64,000 nucleotides of DNA from Oopsacas minuta. Taxonomy: Eukaryota; Animalia; Porifera. Positions 25,128 through 38,541 of the stretch are shown here, one piece after another. The stretch covers positions 186,001 to 250,000 of the forward strand of contig JAKMXF010000199.1 of the NCBI GenBank assembly GCA_024704765.1, read 5' to 3'. The notes under the pieces were generated by a model. That model worked only from the letters and a program-made list of their open reading frames with translations. It was not told where the DNA came from and did no database searches. Positions within the stretch are counted from its first letter, which is position 1. The number at the start of each line of letters is the position of its first letter. The translations under genes and the position numbers were made by a program.

Positions 25128-28123
25128 TGATAGTTAATATTAGTATGATTTAATAGGTAATAAACATGAATGTTTAATTTCATATATTTAATTGCATATT
25201 AGTACAACCTTCCAACCATAAAATTACAAATTCTAGACCTGTTGTGAATACATACTTAACTCTTTCATAAACAGCCCTTCAAATTATTCAATTTCAACTA
25301 TTATTATTTAATCATCAAAAAGTTCTACAATTTTGTATATCAATGCAATCTATGAAATCTCAATTAAGCAATTCGCTTACCCCTAACAAAATGACTCGCG
25401 TACCCCAGGTTGGGAACCAGTGGTTCAGTAAATCGATTCATCTATAAATCGACAGAAATTGAACAATTTCCTTTCGCTCCCAACTTCTAGGGAAACACTG
25501 ATATTACCTGCGATCCTCAGCAAACATTGTTTGGTGCAAACTTTCTCATATATTCTTCTCAAGGTAATGAAATACTCATTTTTGACACACAGGAAAACAT
25601 TATAAAACTATCTACTTGAGTACTTTGGTCACTTATTCCTTCAACTTTACTATTCATGCATTTGAAAATGGCAAACTAATTTCACTCATATACTGCTTAC
25701 TCTCTGCGAAAACACGGGTCTTATATTCCTATATATTTCTATCTCTGAAAGACAATGCAAGCAAACTTTATAATTTTTTATCACTAGAGTTTGTCACTTG
25801 TGTTTATGAGAGTCGGTTGATGGCTAATATTAGACTGGAATTTCCTACTGCTTTCTATCCGTGGCTGCTACTTCCATTTTCCAAGCAGTGTATCGAAAAG
25901 TACAAGTTCTAGGTTTGTTTCAATTTTATATAAATGAAGAACGTCATTGAATCTATATACGAAAGCTTCTTGCACTGGCCTTTATCTCAATCGTACTTAT
26001 CCCTCAAATATTCCAGGGGCTAATGTATGAGTCCTGTTAGTTATGTCCACTATTATATTATTTTGAAAATTATTGGATAGAAGTTGTGGATGATAAGCTC
26101 GGGAATATGTATGGGGTACAAATAAGGACAAATAATAATCTAGAAGGGTGACATCTACGGTTAAATCGGGCGATGGCAAGGTACATGCGAATATTTACAA
26201 ATTCGTATCAAATTTGTTCAGAGAGCAGGATGTACAGAAATTCTTTTAGCTCAAATTGCAGCAGGCAATGTCAGGGCTCAAAGTACAATAATATAAAGTA
26301 TAAACAAATTATTGAATATCCTAAAACATTACACAGGATTTCAACTTAGGACAAAAGGATATAGATGAATAACTGACCGGAATAGCTCTAAACATATCAC
26401 AACCTACTAGTATATCCCTAAAATATCTCATATTTCTTTTGATTCTTTCTGTAGTTTTTCAATAAAAATTAGTGTGTTCATATACAATCATATATTTTTC
26501 ATTTGTTCACTCTATCTCTATAGCTTTCGATCATTCATATACTTCATTATCGTTACTTAATCATTCTAATCTCCATATTTAATTATTCTATCCTCCTTCA
26601 TAACTTTCACTCAAATATGGTTTGCCTCAACTGTGGAAACCTCACTGTCTGGCTTGAAAGGTTTTTGATTGACTATGTACATACATTGCCCCATAGTGTG
26701 CATGATATGTTGTATACATTATTTATACTGGGTAATATTCCAAGAAACCAGATACGCGTAAGTTTGGTTCAACTTGGACAAAAGAATTATAAGCTTATTA
26801 TGTCCTGTTCATAATACTAGTACATACTGAACTTTACAACTTAAGCAACTTCTGTCCGTAGATAAATGTACACGAGATTTTGGTAATATAACATGATATA
26901 TAGGTTTTCAGGTCTTGATGCAGCGAACTGACCCGAAATTCAAAGTTTGCATATTGAGCTAATATTTCAGATTGTAGTATTAACATAATTTTGTCCATAC
27001 CATTATGGTTTCTTATAATGTATAATTATCCTGGAAGGGATACATCATTTGTTGGGTAAACGTATTATGAGCTAATTGTGTTGAATTGCCCATAATACTG
27101 ATGGACTATTCAGCACAATTAGCTTATAATAAGTTTGCCTCTTGTTTGTATACATACCCACAGTTACAGCTCACGCAAATTCCGTGCTTTGATCAATACA
27201 AGGAATATATCTGAGATTTGGGTAAGATGTCACATATTGAGGTTAAGATGCGAGCTACATTTCAATGGATAGTTATCAATACCACTATGATTCGATTTAT
27301 TGTATCATTTTACTAGAGAGGGGACGAATCTCTCCGTTCCACCAGTTCATTTCGCCACTGTGTACACATTCTCATATAATTAAACCATAAGGAAGTAGTC
27401 AATCGAAAACTTTCGAAGCCAAATGAGTATTACACATTTTAAGTTTGTGATATAGATAAACTTATATGTAATTATGTATATAAGTAACGTAGTGTGGGCA
27501 AACAATATTAATGAAATTTAAACTAATATATTTAGTGAGATTAATGTTAACAAAATGACAAACGGAATTATTCGGGTATATATATTGGCAGTTAGAGTAA
27601 ACTACATATGATCCTAAACGGAAAAAAATACTTGCACTCAAATTCGGAGTATATTTAGAATATATAAATCCGGGGAATTGGACCACTTTCTCCTGAATTC
27701 AATGTAAACCAGTCATAATAATACTATACTAAGTATTAGTTAATCGCACCTCTGGATAGTCCGAATAATGTGCACCTGAGACATTGATCATTATCAAGTT
27801 CAGTAATTCAGGGAGCCCCGAACTATTTGCTTACCCAGGAATTCACGCTCTACTTCGCCTGTAACCCATGGAATGGTAGGCTGAAATTTGTATTCTGAGC
27901 ATTCAAAAATTGGACAATATTTCTGGATATGGCTTCCATCCACATTGGGACATATCCTATTGTCAGGTACTATACTAAAGCATGCCTCCGTAAAGTCTGA
28001 AAGGGATTAGTAAATAAATAGACCCAAAGAAAATATTATTTCTGAAGGAAATATATAGATCTTAATATAAAGAAATTAATCAACAAATTTACAACAACTG
28101 AAGGAGAATATAAATTTTCATTA

Positions 28124-29999
28124 TTATGAAATTAGGATTTCTTTGATGATGCTAAATAGACTATCAGAGATCATCATATGATCACAATCAACCTCCAAAC
28201 TAACAAGGTTATCTGACTGAATAATAATAGAAACCAATACTAAAGATTTTTTGGAAGCAGTTATTCCAGCATACAATTTAGTATGTTGATTTGAAGTTGG
28301 TATCGGATTCAGATTACATCCTTCTAAGATCTGGTGATCAATAGAATTACTGCATTGGTTCATGCAAATATCACCTTTAGTTACGCTCATTCCTCCAAAT
28401 CTCTTTTGGTATTTTAGGAATGACATTTCAGGGAAATACACAGGCAGCATAAGTTCTCCACAAGTTGGGTGGATATAAATAGAATTATTAATATTAGCAT
28501 CCAATGATCGTACGAATAACTTCGCGGGCTGAATGGAATCATTAAAGTCGATACCAACTGAATAATAAACTTTCGATAGAGGAAAAATCTTTCCGAATTC
28601 GTTTCCCTTTTGCAAATTTGTACCTGAAGCTGGATCTATTGAAAGATCAGAAAAGATAGTTCCAGCTTCATGATTTTCAATCAGTAATTCAACTTCGATC
28701 ATCCTAGGAGTATTGATATTGAATCGACGTCTAAGCATACGATATTTGATTGAAATTCCATTACCATTGTATTTATTCATCACCTCATTATAATTAGTGG
28801 TCACAAATTTTGGTAAAATTGGTTCTAGTTCATCAATAAGATTCTTTGTAGGTGTCAATAAGGTGTCATTGCACATAGGTTCAAGAATATTCGCATTAAC
28901 ATCTTCTTCGGTAAATTCGTCAATCAAAAGACATTTACTCTGTGGGTTATTTACATTTGACGATAATGGTTCAATTGGCTGGTTACTATCTGAAGTATCT
29001 GAAGTATCTGAACCGGAAGTATTGTCCGTCTCACTATGGAGTTCATTCTTATGAATAGGAACAGACTCTTCGAATTCCCTATGGCCAGATAATTCCGAAA
29101 GAGAAGAAGCAGAACTGTGAGTTGAAATGTCTGAATCGTAAGATTCATCTGTATCCGTGATTGATTCTGAATCTGTTGCAGAACTTGATTCACCATGACT
29201 CGAATAAAATGTATTTAAGTCTTTAGTTCGAATATATCCAACAGGCTTTTGAATGAAAGTATTATCGGATTCTACGAATACATCTCGAACAGTAGACTTT
29301 GGTGCTTTGTGAGGAAAGTCAGGCAAAAGCTTATAGCCAACAACTTTGATATTTAGGAAATGTGATAATGAGCCTAATTGCCATTGTTCTCGATCTTTAT
29401 AAGGTGAACGTAATTGAGGGGCAGGCTTATGTGATATTATTAGTTTCTTAGAATACTTATGAATTATATTGTCTCCTGGAGGGAACAAAATATTTCTAAG
29501 CAATCTAGATTTATCTCTTATGTCATAACTTTGATCAAATCGACCTAATGAAAATACATACTGGCACAAAACACGTGTCTGCTTAGAATTAAGACAAACA
29601 AGTTTTGCAGCAAGATTTAAGGTTTGATGTTTCACAGGATCAGTTTCATATAAAAACATCTTAGCTGCTTTTCGAAGAACATCTGGAGCGATTAAGGGGA
29701 TTCGATGACAATGCTCACCAATGATCCAAATAATACTAGCTCTGGCATTACTATTTTCAGTCTTGTCCAGCATCTTTGATAGACGGATAATAACATCTTC
29801 ATTCTGACCAGGTCCTAAATGAAGTAGTCTCTGAATTACAATTACACTTTCACCAGCAATATCAAGATCTGTGCAGGATAATAGCCCGAGCAGACCAGAT
29901 AAGCATATATCGGATATCTCAGGAACTCGGCTAGCAATGCGTCCTATCGCATGAATTGCTGCAGAAACAAAGAGAAAATCATCATTATAGATGTAGACA
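28124..29999 (-). CDS. AP3B1: AP-3 complex subunit beta, exon 3 of 3 (end of trunk, acidic hinge, ear domain, stop)
   Basis: Acceptor ttttAG at 30001-30000. Reads (S)VYIYNDDFLFVSAAIHAIGRIA... in frame into ORF 28124-29773 (ARASIIWIIGEHC, DVLRKAAKMF, FDQSYDIRDKSR). AP3B1/AP3B2 co-orthologue. Confidence 0.93.
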
Positions 30000-30478
30000 C
30001 TAAAATAGAAAAAGTAATAAAGTGTACAATATTGGGAGAGGTTGAGGATTATTATTATGGAAAAATGAAAAAACCCCGCATTAATTGGAAAAGACAGGAG
30101 TAGTGGGATTTGGTGGTAGTACAGGGCGTATGATCGATTCGATTGTAAGATAGTAGACTTATACTAAATTTCGAGTTGCAAAGTTGACTAATTCCTAGAT
30201 AATGGATAATTAATGAATGAATAAATAATTTATTATGAAATAAGCTTATGTATTACTCGTAGAGTAGGGTATACTTACATAAACATATCTCAAAGCAACA
30301 ATTAATTCATTTAATGATATTACAAGATATATTCGATAAACATTAATACTCGGATAGTACATAAACGAATCCTGAAAGAGTTCTTATTTGAGTTCCGTTC
30401 AAAAGTAGTGGTCGACTAGCTGAGGCTAATGGATCCATAAATTTGAACAGAATATTGAGTGCAAAACTGGGCCAAATA

Positions 30479-30785
30479 CAGTAGAACCTCCGAGATCCGG
30501 GCAGTGTGGGACCGGAGGGTGCCCGGATCTCGGAAATATCATTAACTCCATGGTAGCTACAACCTATAATGTACATATGAGTTCCCTTAGATATTCGAAT
30601 TCTGGTATTAAGTTTACATACTGTGCATAAACGTAATCCAATATGAAATATAGTAACTGAAGTCAACGTTGATATGAGGAGAATAATATGAAATTGTGAA
30701 ATTCTTTTGGACAGATATAAACTAAGGGTGCCCGGTTGAGGGAGGTGCCCGTATCTTGGAGGTCCGGATCTCGGAGGTTCGACTG
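30479..30785. mobile_element. Tc1/pogo-type MITE (307 bp)
   Basis: 22-bp TIRs cagt(a/c)gaacctccgagatccgg with TA on both sides. Confidence 0.85.
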
Positions 30786-31239
30786 TACCTCGGTCTACCG
30801 CTTAATCATATATATCAAACATTTATGGTAATATTTCTCTGAACAACTAACAATATTATAATATATTTGCAAGAAAAAATACAATGAGACTAGAAAGCCA
30901 CTGAAGGAGCGATATCGTAAATCGAGTAAATAGGTCAATTAGTAGGCTGACAAGTGCAAAATAGACTCAATTTATCGAGCGACGTCGAACAAGGAGCCAC
31001 TCGATAGTATTAGGATCAATTTTGAGAATGGAATGTGGACATATTCCCGAAACCGTCTTAAGTTATTAGGGAAAAGGTAATTTTGCATATGGTCATGTGA
31101 CACTTAAACGACGGGGAACTTTACACTAATACGAAAGTAGCTACAATAGAACTTAATTAGTACGAATTGGTGAGTACAAATTTCCCGAAATAAGAACGAA
31201 TATTTAAACAAATCAGGTCACAGAATGGTTTTCAATAGA

Positions 31240-31390
31240 GAAATCCAAATTTCGAAGGTCTACTTATGTACACCTAGCTTATTACAATTTCCTAACTCCA
31301 GGTAAATTTCTTCTCTATCGAGTAACAAATTTAAACTAGATTACCAGAGTTTGTCCCGATTAAGCAGTGTTTTCCCTGATTAACCAAATA
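31240..31390 (+). repeat. Partial copy of the MITE family at 45865-46404
   Basis: Matches 46170-46310 by eye (aatttcctaactc.agrtaaatttcttct...gagtaacaaattt...tttgtcccgattaa). Confidence 0.65.
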
Positions 31391-32399
31391 TTTAGAGTCT
31401 GCCAGAGAACTTTACAAGGCGTTCTTAAGATGTGCTAGAGTTGAGGGCCTGGATGCGAATATACTGATAGTCTCTAAGTATTATTACTAAACTTAATCTC
31501 AAACTTAAAATTAGTTGAATTTTAAAGTTATATTAATGTCAGTTTTTGATATCAAAAGTTAAGCCTATCCTGGAGCACACTTAACTTAAAAATGTACCCA
31601 CGTGCCAATTTTCATGTAATCGGTTGGGAAGAGTTCGCAAAACGGACCCAAGGATGGACGAATGTCGTACATCGTCAATGTGAATAAGGCATCTCCATGT
31701 TGGAGAAGCACTAAAAATCATTATCACAAAATCTGAGGCTTAAATTATCACTAAATACAAAAATAATTGAATTGTGTTTAAATATAAATGCAAAATCTTT
31801 CGAAGGAGCTCGAAAGGACTATTCCCCTGAGTCCTGATAATTCACTTGGCGGCTCAGATTTCATTCAAACTGTAGTGGAAATTGGGATACGCCCAGTGAA
31901 TTATGTGACAAAGGTTGGCAGATATGCAGGAGTAGAGGGGTCAAAATACACTACCCGAACAAAATTACTTTCACATCACTAAATACGATAAATCCTGGAA
32001 TGACGGAAAATATTTGAATATCTATAAGACAATATACCTAAAGGAATTATTTGAGTATTATCGTTAACAATGTCCTGACTAAATCGACAAATATCTCTCT
32101 AATTAGATATTTTAAAGCAAAACTTTGCTCATTAAATAGATTATGAGGTAATTAAGTCTTCAATTGCTGATAGGATAGGATTCAAATAAGATGGAACTAA
32201 CTGATAGCATGTTTGAATGCTACGATTCCGTATTACCCTAGTATGATAATATCAAATTGGTAAGAGCAAACCTTGTTGATATATATTGCAAAGCGGCGAA
32301 ATATATTTTTAAACTTCGATACGACTGAAATGGCATTCTCATTTCACACGCACAGTTTAGGCATTTGTTACGAGAGTCTTATTGGAATGTTGATACGCA

Positions 32400-33376
32400 T
32401 TGAGAGTTGAGGTGAAAAATTAACATTTCCTAAATTTCAAAAATTCTTATTACCCAAGGCATGAAATGTCGAAATAACTATCCCAAAGCCACATAGCATC
32501 TCCAGTGTCACCACAGAAGGCCATTAAATATAATTTGAATGGACGATGGATAATATAATCTTCGAACTTTAACTATTCTGTGAATTAGAGGCACGTAGTG
32601 ATGAGTATATTCTGGAGTATAGCGACCAATAACACTATAGAATTTAGCTGTTAACCGTAGATGGCACAAGTGGGACACAGTGTTTGAAGAGTAAATCATA
32701 CTTCCAATCATTGAAACAATGTCAAATTTGGTAGGGCATGCATCAATGACCCCATCTAGCTAACAATCATAAAATTAAAATTTGTTTAAATATTTTTCAA
32801 ATCATGAGTTAACAAAGAAGATAATTGTGCAATATCCATGAAAATGACATTTTTCTGCTGCATTTTCTATGTACATGCGGGATGTTTGAAATGTCAACCA
32901 TTATTGTTCATAATGAAAGATTTGGACCATGGATATATTCATGATAATAATATAGGAACAAGAACAATTAACTCAAAATGAAATCACTAGATTCGCAAGA
33001 TTGAATGAATTGTATTTTTATGTGAAATGCGTCGAATACGAACTATTGTAAATTGCCATGTGCATCATCTGGAACATAGGAAGAGGTAAAGTGTATGTAT
33101 TATAATTGAATATTTTCTGAAATAGGGCTATGAGGTTTGGCTGGGAAATTTATGTATTTTCGCCAAGATAGTCGTTTTGATATATTCAAATTTAGAGAGA
33201 GTTTGCAAGAAGTTAAGTACTTGAAGTGTTGCAAATTTGAAAAGATCGTATAAAACACTTGAATAGTATAGCATTTTTGATAAAGGCAAAATGTGGAATG
33301 CACTCTACGGTTAACACCTAAGCTAACCTGGAGTACTAAGCTGTCGCGCAGCGCCGTAGGAAGCGAAGCGCGCTAA
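32400..33376 (+). mobile_element. Copy of the Helitron-like non-autonomous family
   Basis: Shares blocks with 13660-14265 and 62480-63014; ends gtcgcgcagcg...gcgaagcgcgCTAA. 5' boundary approximate. Confidence 0.5.
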
Positions 33377-34518
33377 TATAAATTGAAACACAAAATAAAC
33401 AAAGTGTTTAAACAAGAATATTTTGGTGCCAAACAAGGTTATAGCTTATGTATTAAAGCGAGGGTAGCTAGTTTATGGGAGCAGTCCCTGAAGCTTGTCC
33501 GGGGCGCCAAAACTTGAAACATAAGGACCGCGGGCGGATTTTTTCCGACCCCTGATATAGATGATATAATATTTATATGCTGTCAAGCTCGGCCCCAGGC
33601 TTATTTAACGGGAGGGAAAGAGCGAGGCAAAAGATTTCATAAGGGGGGCAGTTCCATGCAATATTTTCCATATATAGGACCTTAACCTCTAGAACCTTTG
33701 ATAGATTCTAGGTAACTAAGTTCAACTCGGATTCTACCGGAATACTTAAACTATGGTGGCTTCGGCACTAATACACCAATATTACATAAATTTTCAAATA
33801 AATGAAGAAGTATGGCCACCGTCCAGAGATAGAGTTCACAAAGGTTGGTAGGTATGGAATGTACACAAAATTATAATTCAAAATTTCTTCCATAAAACCT
33901 GAGAGGTATGCTTATACTTTGTAGTTTTATTAAGGATGAACTTCGAGGGGTGCAAAAACCTTCACCCAATTTGGCTCGAAATATGCAACCATAATCCTTG
34001 TTATATAAATATACAATCCCCCTCTGGCGGCGCACCTCCATACTGTCTATTTTTGGAATGTTGGATATTTATACGTATCGTTGTACGTAGGGGAACATAG
34101 TGAAAATGAAAACAAATACATTAATAGAGCAATTACTACTAGATTCCAAATCTAGTTGACAAACTATATCATAAACAACAAATAATAACAGATATCATTT
34201 TATTTTATCTGCATCCATAGAATCATCTGCATGAAGTGTCACTTTAGTGGCACAAAACGAATTCACTATTTCAGTCCAATTTACGTTAGATTAATGCATT
34301 CAACACACTATTTTAACGAAATTACGCTTACAGCGAATAAAATGTAACCATACCAATGAGTTTGTTGTAAGAGTGTTGTACTGTACGTATTACGTATAGC
34401 TGCCTAAAGTTGAATTTCATCACTTATATATAATGGTAATTCCGAAAGGAAAAGTGTATGGAATTCGTGAAAAAATAGACTGGGCAAAGGATGGTGTAGT
34501 ATCAAATTCATTTGTTTA

Positions 34519-34644
34519 GGGTCAAATCCTACGAATATAATACATAATATGGGGGTCAAATCCTACGAATATAATACATAATATGGGGGTCAACATACTA
34601 CGACTAGAATACATAATATGTGGGTCAAAGTCCTATTACAATAA
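34519..34644 (+). repeat. 34-bp minisatellite (about 3.7 units), interrupted by the Chapaev3 insertion
   Basis: gggtcaaatcctacgaatataatacataatatgg units start at 34519, 34553, 34587 and 34622; the last unit resumes (tacataatat) after 41559. Confidence 0.9.
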
Positions 34645-36800
34645 CACAGGGTTACATAAATATATGTTTTCAGTACACAATCTAAGTTATCCAATTTTTC
34701 TAATACAACTTTTCGTGCTGAGTTTGAAAAACGCATCCATTTATGCCATCACGTCAGGATTTTATAGTATAGAACAAGACTTGTTTTTGAATAGTACATT
34801 TTGACATTAATATAAATGATCAAATAAAATGTTCCCAACCTCAAATTTTCATGTGTAAATATACTTAAAATAATACATTTCTTGTTCACCACACACTTCT
34901 ACATATGAAAGGACATATAGCATGTGTTATCCTATAAATTTTCTTAAGAACCTAGATTAGGACTCCAAGAACTTCCTTTAAACTCCCTTCTATGAGATTT
35001 TCTCGCGCAATGTATGTCCACACAATCTCGCTTCAGGCTCCAACAGTAGTCCGCTATCATTTTACTGTCATACCTTCCTTGGTAACGCTCTTCCAACGTT
35101 TGAATGTCCTGATGAAACTGTTCACCCTGCTCATCCGATACGTCTCCAAGGTTTGTTGGGAATTCATCCAAGTGGCTATGTAAAAATGAATTTTGATGCT
35201 CATATTACATCCGAACTTATGAAAGCTTTCGAGCAAACGATTGATTAAATTCACATAATTATAGTCTCTTCTATTTCCTAAGAAGCCTTTCACAAACGAT
35301 ACAAAGGCTTGCCATGCATCATACTCAGTATCCAACATATGAGCAGTGAATTCGGGATCTTTCATCAATTTTCGGATGTCTGGCCCATTGAAGATACCAG
35401 ATTTGACTTTTTCATCGCTCAGCCGGTGGAATCGTGAGCGAAGGTATTTAAAACAATCACCATCCTTGTTGAGAGTTCTTGCGAATTGCTTAATTAACCC
35501 GAGTTTAATATGCAAAGGTGGGAAAACAATCATTTTCCCGCCCACCAGTGCTTCGTTGATCACATTAGCACAACCAACAATTAAACTTTCTCTTTTTGGC
35601 CACTCCTTTCTGATCCAATGTTCATTCTTCGCTCTACTATCCCACATACACAAAAACAAGGATATTTTGTGTACCCACTTTGTTGCCCGAGAAGGAAGCA
35701 AACCATTTTTAGATCTACACAGATGATCCACTTGTGAGAATCGTATCTAATTAATTGCAAAACCAGATTGACATTTTCATATTTTTCATTTAATGTCACA
35801 GAATGAGCAAGGGGTATTGACCCAAACTGATTACCATTGTAAGTAAAACAACTTTTAAACTCCTTTTTGAGCTATCAATAAAAGTCTCCATTCATTAGCA
35901 TCATATGTTTTCAGACCAAGTTCTTTTAACAGGCCCTCAATGTCACAACAGTAAACACAATTTTCACGTTGAGCAAAATATCGTAAGAACTCCTGTTCTC
36001 TATGACGATAACATGAAATCTTGGGATTACCGACAATTCGCACCTAATTAGATTGGTCAATTGATTCCGAATATGATTTTTAGCATTGTATGATCATTTT
36101 TTGTTTTTATTCATGTACATAAAGTAAAGAAATTTCAAAAAGTTCGTATACATTTAACGGCTACAGAGGTAATCGAGTGTTCGAATAGCATATCGTGAAT
36201 ATTCGACTTAGAGAGTGACTTTCAAAACATACATAGGATACTTAGTAATACATAACACAAATTACCGGTTGATTAGGAATAACCTAGGCGCCCGAAAGGT
36301 GCCTATTGAGGACGCTTCGTGTCCGCAACCGCGTACCGCAAGGAAGAGTAGCTTACTTGTATATGTTGAATTTTTGAACTATACAAGTAGTAAAGTATGG
36401 ATTGACAATCTGTGATCAAAGAATTTATCCATACATTTGGAAAAATTATAAATAAAATCATTCCGGATTTATCATAATACAATTTGAAGCTGTTCTTCTA
36501 TGGAAAATCTTCCTTATATTTCCCCATATTGAGCTGCCCTAACTCAAAATTGCTACTTAAATTCCTTTAATAATACGGTGGACTCCGCTTAATAGAGTCA
36601 CCGGTTAATCTGGCCAACACCTTTATCCAGTAAATATAGGTGATAATTTAATCTCTGGATGGGTACTGTTTCGGTTAAGTAAACTAGCCATCCACTTGTA
36701 AATATTGGCCCTGCTGGGATAGATCGGAATGAGAGCTGTAACAGATATTTTGTTCATTTAACTTATAATCATGATGTTACGTAGGTCATGATTAAATGAA

Positions 36801-36852
36801 CTTCATATCACCCTATCCTTAGAAGTACTTCTAAAGATAGGGTGGTATGAAG
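36801..36852. repeat. 52-bp spacerless near-perfect palindrome
   Basis: cttcatatcaccctatccttagaagt|acttctaaagatagggtggtatgaag; 24/26 bases pair. Confidence 0.9.
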
Positions 36853-37258
36853 TGTTAGTTATACCCCCACACAATTATCCTACAAAATGGGGACATGAGA
36901 ATATTTGCCAGTAGGACATCCAATTCAGGCACTAAGAGTTACGCAAAGTTTGAACCACCCCGTTCGTGCCAGGAAATTAACCCTTTAGGTTTCTATTCGA
37001 TAAGAAGTCAGATAAATCAAGTCAAGTCATAAATAAACTATATTTACTGTCTAATATGCATGTGTCTACAAAATACTGAATAAATAATATAGATAAGAGA
37101 GTCGTGTTGTAAATAATGTTGTAGGAGAAAGATCAAGAGAAGTGTAGCTACCACATTATAACCATTGTTCTTCTTCCATGGTAGCTGCACCTCAATGGAG
37201 AGGATAGAGGAGAGGAGTGGAGTGAGAAGAGAAAGAGATGTGGCGGATTGGCTGTGTA

Positions 37259-38541
37259 AGCAAAGAGGGGTCTGCAAAGCTAGAGTTCATTTTGAAGGGA
37301 TGGTGATAGTCAAGCGCACGAATGAGCACTCCCATGGGCCTGACGAGCAGGCAGCGGGCTGTTGTGAAGCGAAAGCAGGCATGAAGAGGAAAGCACGGAA
37401 GTCCCAGGATAGCACACACCACATAGTGGGCGAGAGTTTGCCAACAGCATCAGAGGGTACTGCTGCTAAACTCCCCAAACTGGACAGCCTGAAGCGGACG
37501 ATACAACGCCAACGTGCTAGTGTACTTGCAGCTCCAGCACAGCCTACCACTCTAGTAGAGCTAGCTCTACCAGCAGTCTACCAGCAGACAGCCAAGGGAG
37601 AACAGTTCTTACTCTACGACTATGGTACAGACGATGTACACAGATTCCTCATCTTCGCGACACAACACAACCTCGGGATGCTGCAGCGAAGCAAGATCTG
37701 GCTAGTTGATGGCACCTTCAAGACGGCACCTCCCCTCTTCGCCCAGGTGCATGTGGTGCATGGACTCCGTGGAGGAGATGATCCTATGAAGACCGGTCAT
37801 CTGTTACCGAGCCTGTTCGTGCTACTGCCCAGCAAGACGGAGGCTGCCTACCTGAGGATGTGGGAACAGATCCGCCTACTGTGTCCACTTGCCCAGCCTC
37901 AACAGATGCTCCTGGACTTTGAGAAGGGCGCGATTACCAGCTTTGAGCATGTCTGGCCTAATACAGTAATGAAGTGCTGCTTCTTCCACCTTACACAGAA
38001 TATCTGGCGGCATGTGCAGTCTGCCTACACACATGACGAAGAGTTGGCTATGCGCATCCGGAGGATACCAGCCCTTGCTTTTGCCCGACCGGCAGACGTA
38101 CCCGATCTGTTTGATCAAGTGGCAAGGGACCTCCCCTTTACGCCTGAGATTGGCGAACTAGTCGACTACTTTGAGAGGACGTATGTCGGCCGCACAGTTG
38201 CCAGCGGATATCATGTAGCGGCGACGTACCCTATTCACCTGTAGAACAACCACATCGTACAACCAACGCCCGTAGAGGCATGGCACCGCAGCTTCAATGC
38301 CACTGTCGGCTGCCATCACCCTACCATATGGAAGTTTATCCTCTCCCTCAAGCGTGAGCAGGGCCTAGTGGAGGGACGGCATACTAACTACCTTGTTGGC
38401 AAGCCACCAACCAAGCGGAGGCGGTCCTAACAGAGTGAGGAAGCGTTGAAGACTCTAGTTCGTGAATATTATTCTCCAGATCGTTCTAAAATGGAGTTCT
38501 TGCAGGGTGTAGCACATCATTTCAGTCTGGGAACCGATTAA
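37259..38541 (+). pseudogene. Inverted duplicate of the MULE transposase, 5'-truncated
   Basis: Translation identical to the minus-strand copy from QRGVCKARVHF onward; same in-frame stops (TAG 38242-38244, TAA 38428-38430); natural end ...EFLQGVAHHFSLGTD* at 38541. Confidence 0.92.

Larger units (their letters stand above)
21946..25422 (-). mobile_element. hAT (Buster/Charlie, ZBED5/SCAND3-like) transposon with a degenerate transposase at about 22130-23750
   Basis: 15-bp TIRs ca(g/c)tggttcccaacc, 8-bp TSD GTTTAGTA/GTTCAGTA, motifs VCTDGAPTMLG, HCMIHGHALASK, LLFHMEV, LLIPFPSTYLCESSFS. Confidence 0.92.
21601..25980 (+). pseudogene. FLYWCH-MULE transposase remnant split by a hAT insertion
   Basis: LSFEGYSYRFDK...RWWCRTRDC (FLYWCH-like) before 21946; IHAFENGKLISLIYCLLSAKT...CVYESRL...EFP after 25422. 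The halves are separated by the hAT element and its TSD. Confidence 0.65.

Noticed and set aside
31788-32400. Possible nested gene in intron 2 (64-aa ORF and neighbouring fragments)
   Set aside because: No recognisable motif, multiple stops and no convincing exon structure.
34519-34644. Regularly spaced 34-bp repeats resembling a CRISPR array
   Set aside because: Units are head-to-tail with no unique spacers, there are no cas genes, and the context is eukaryotic; it is a minisatellite.
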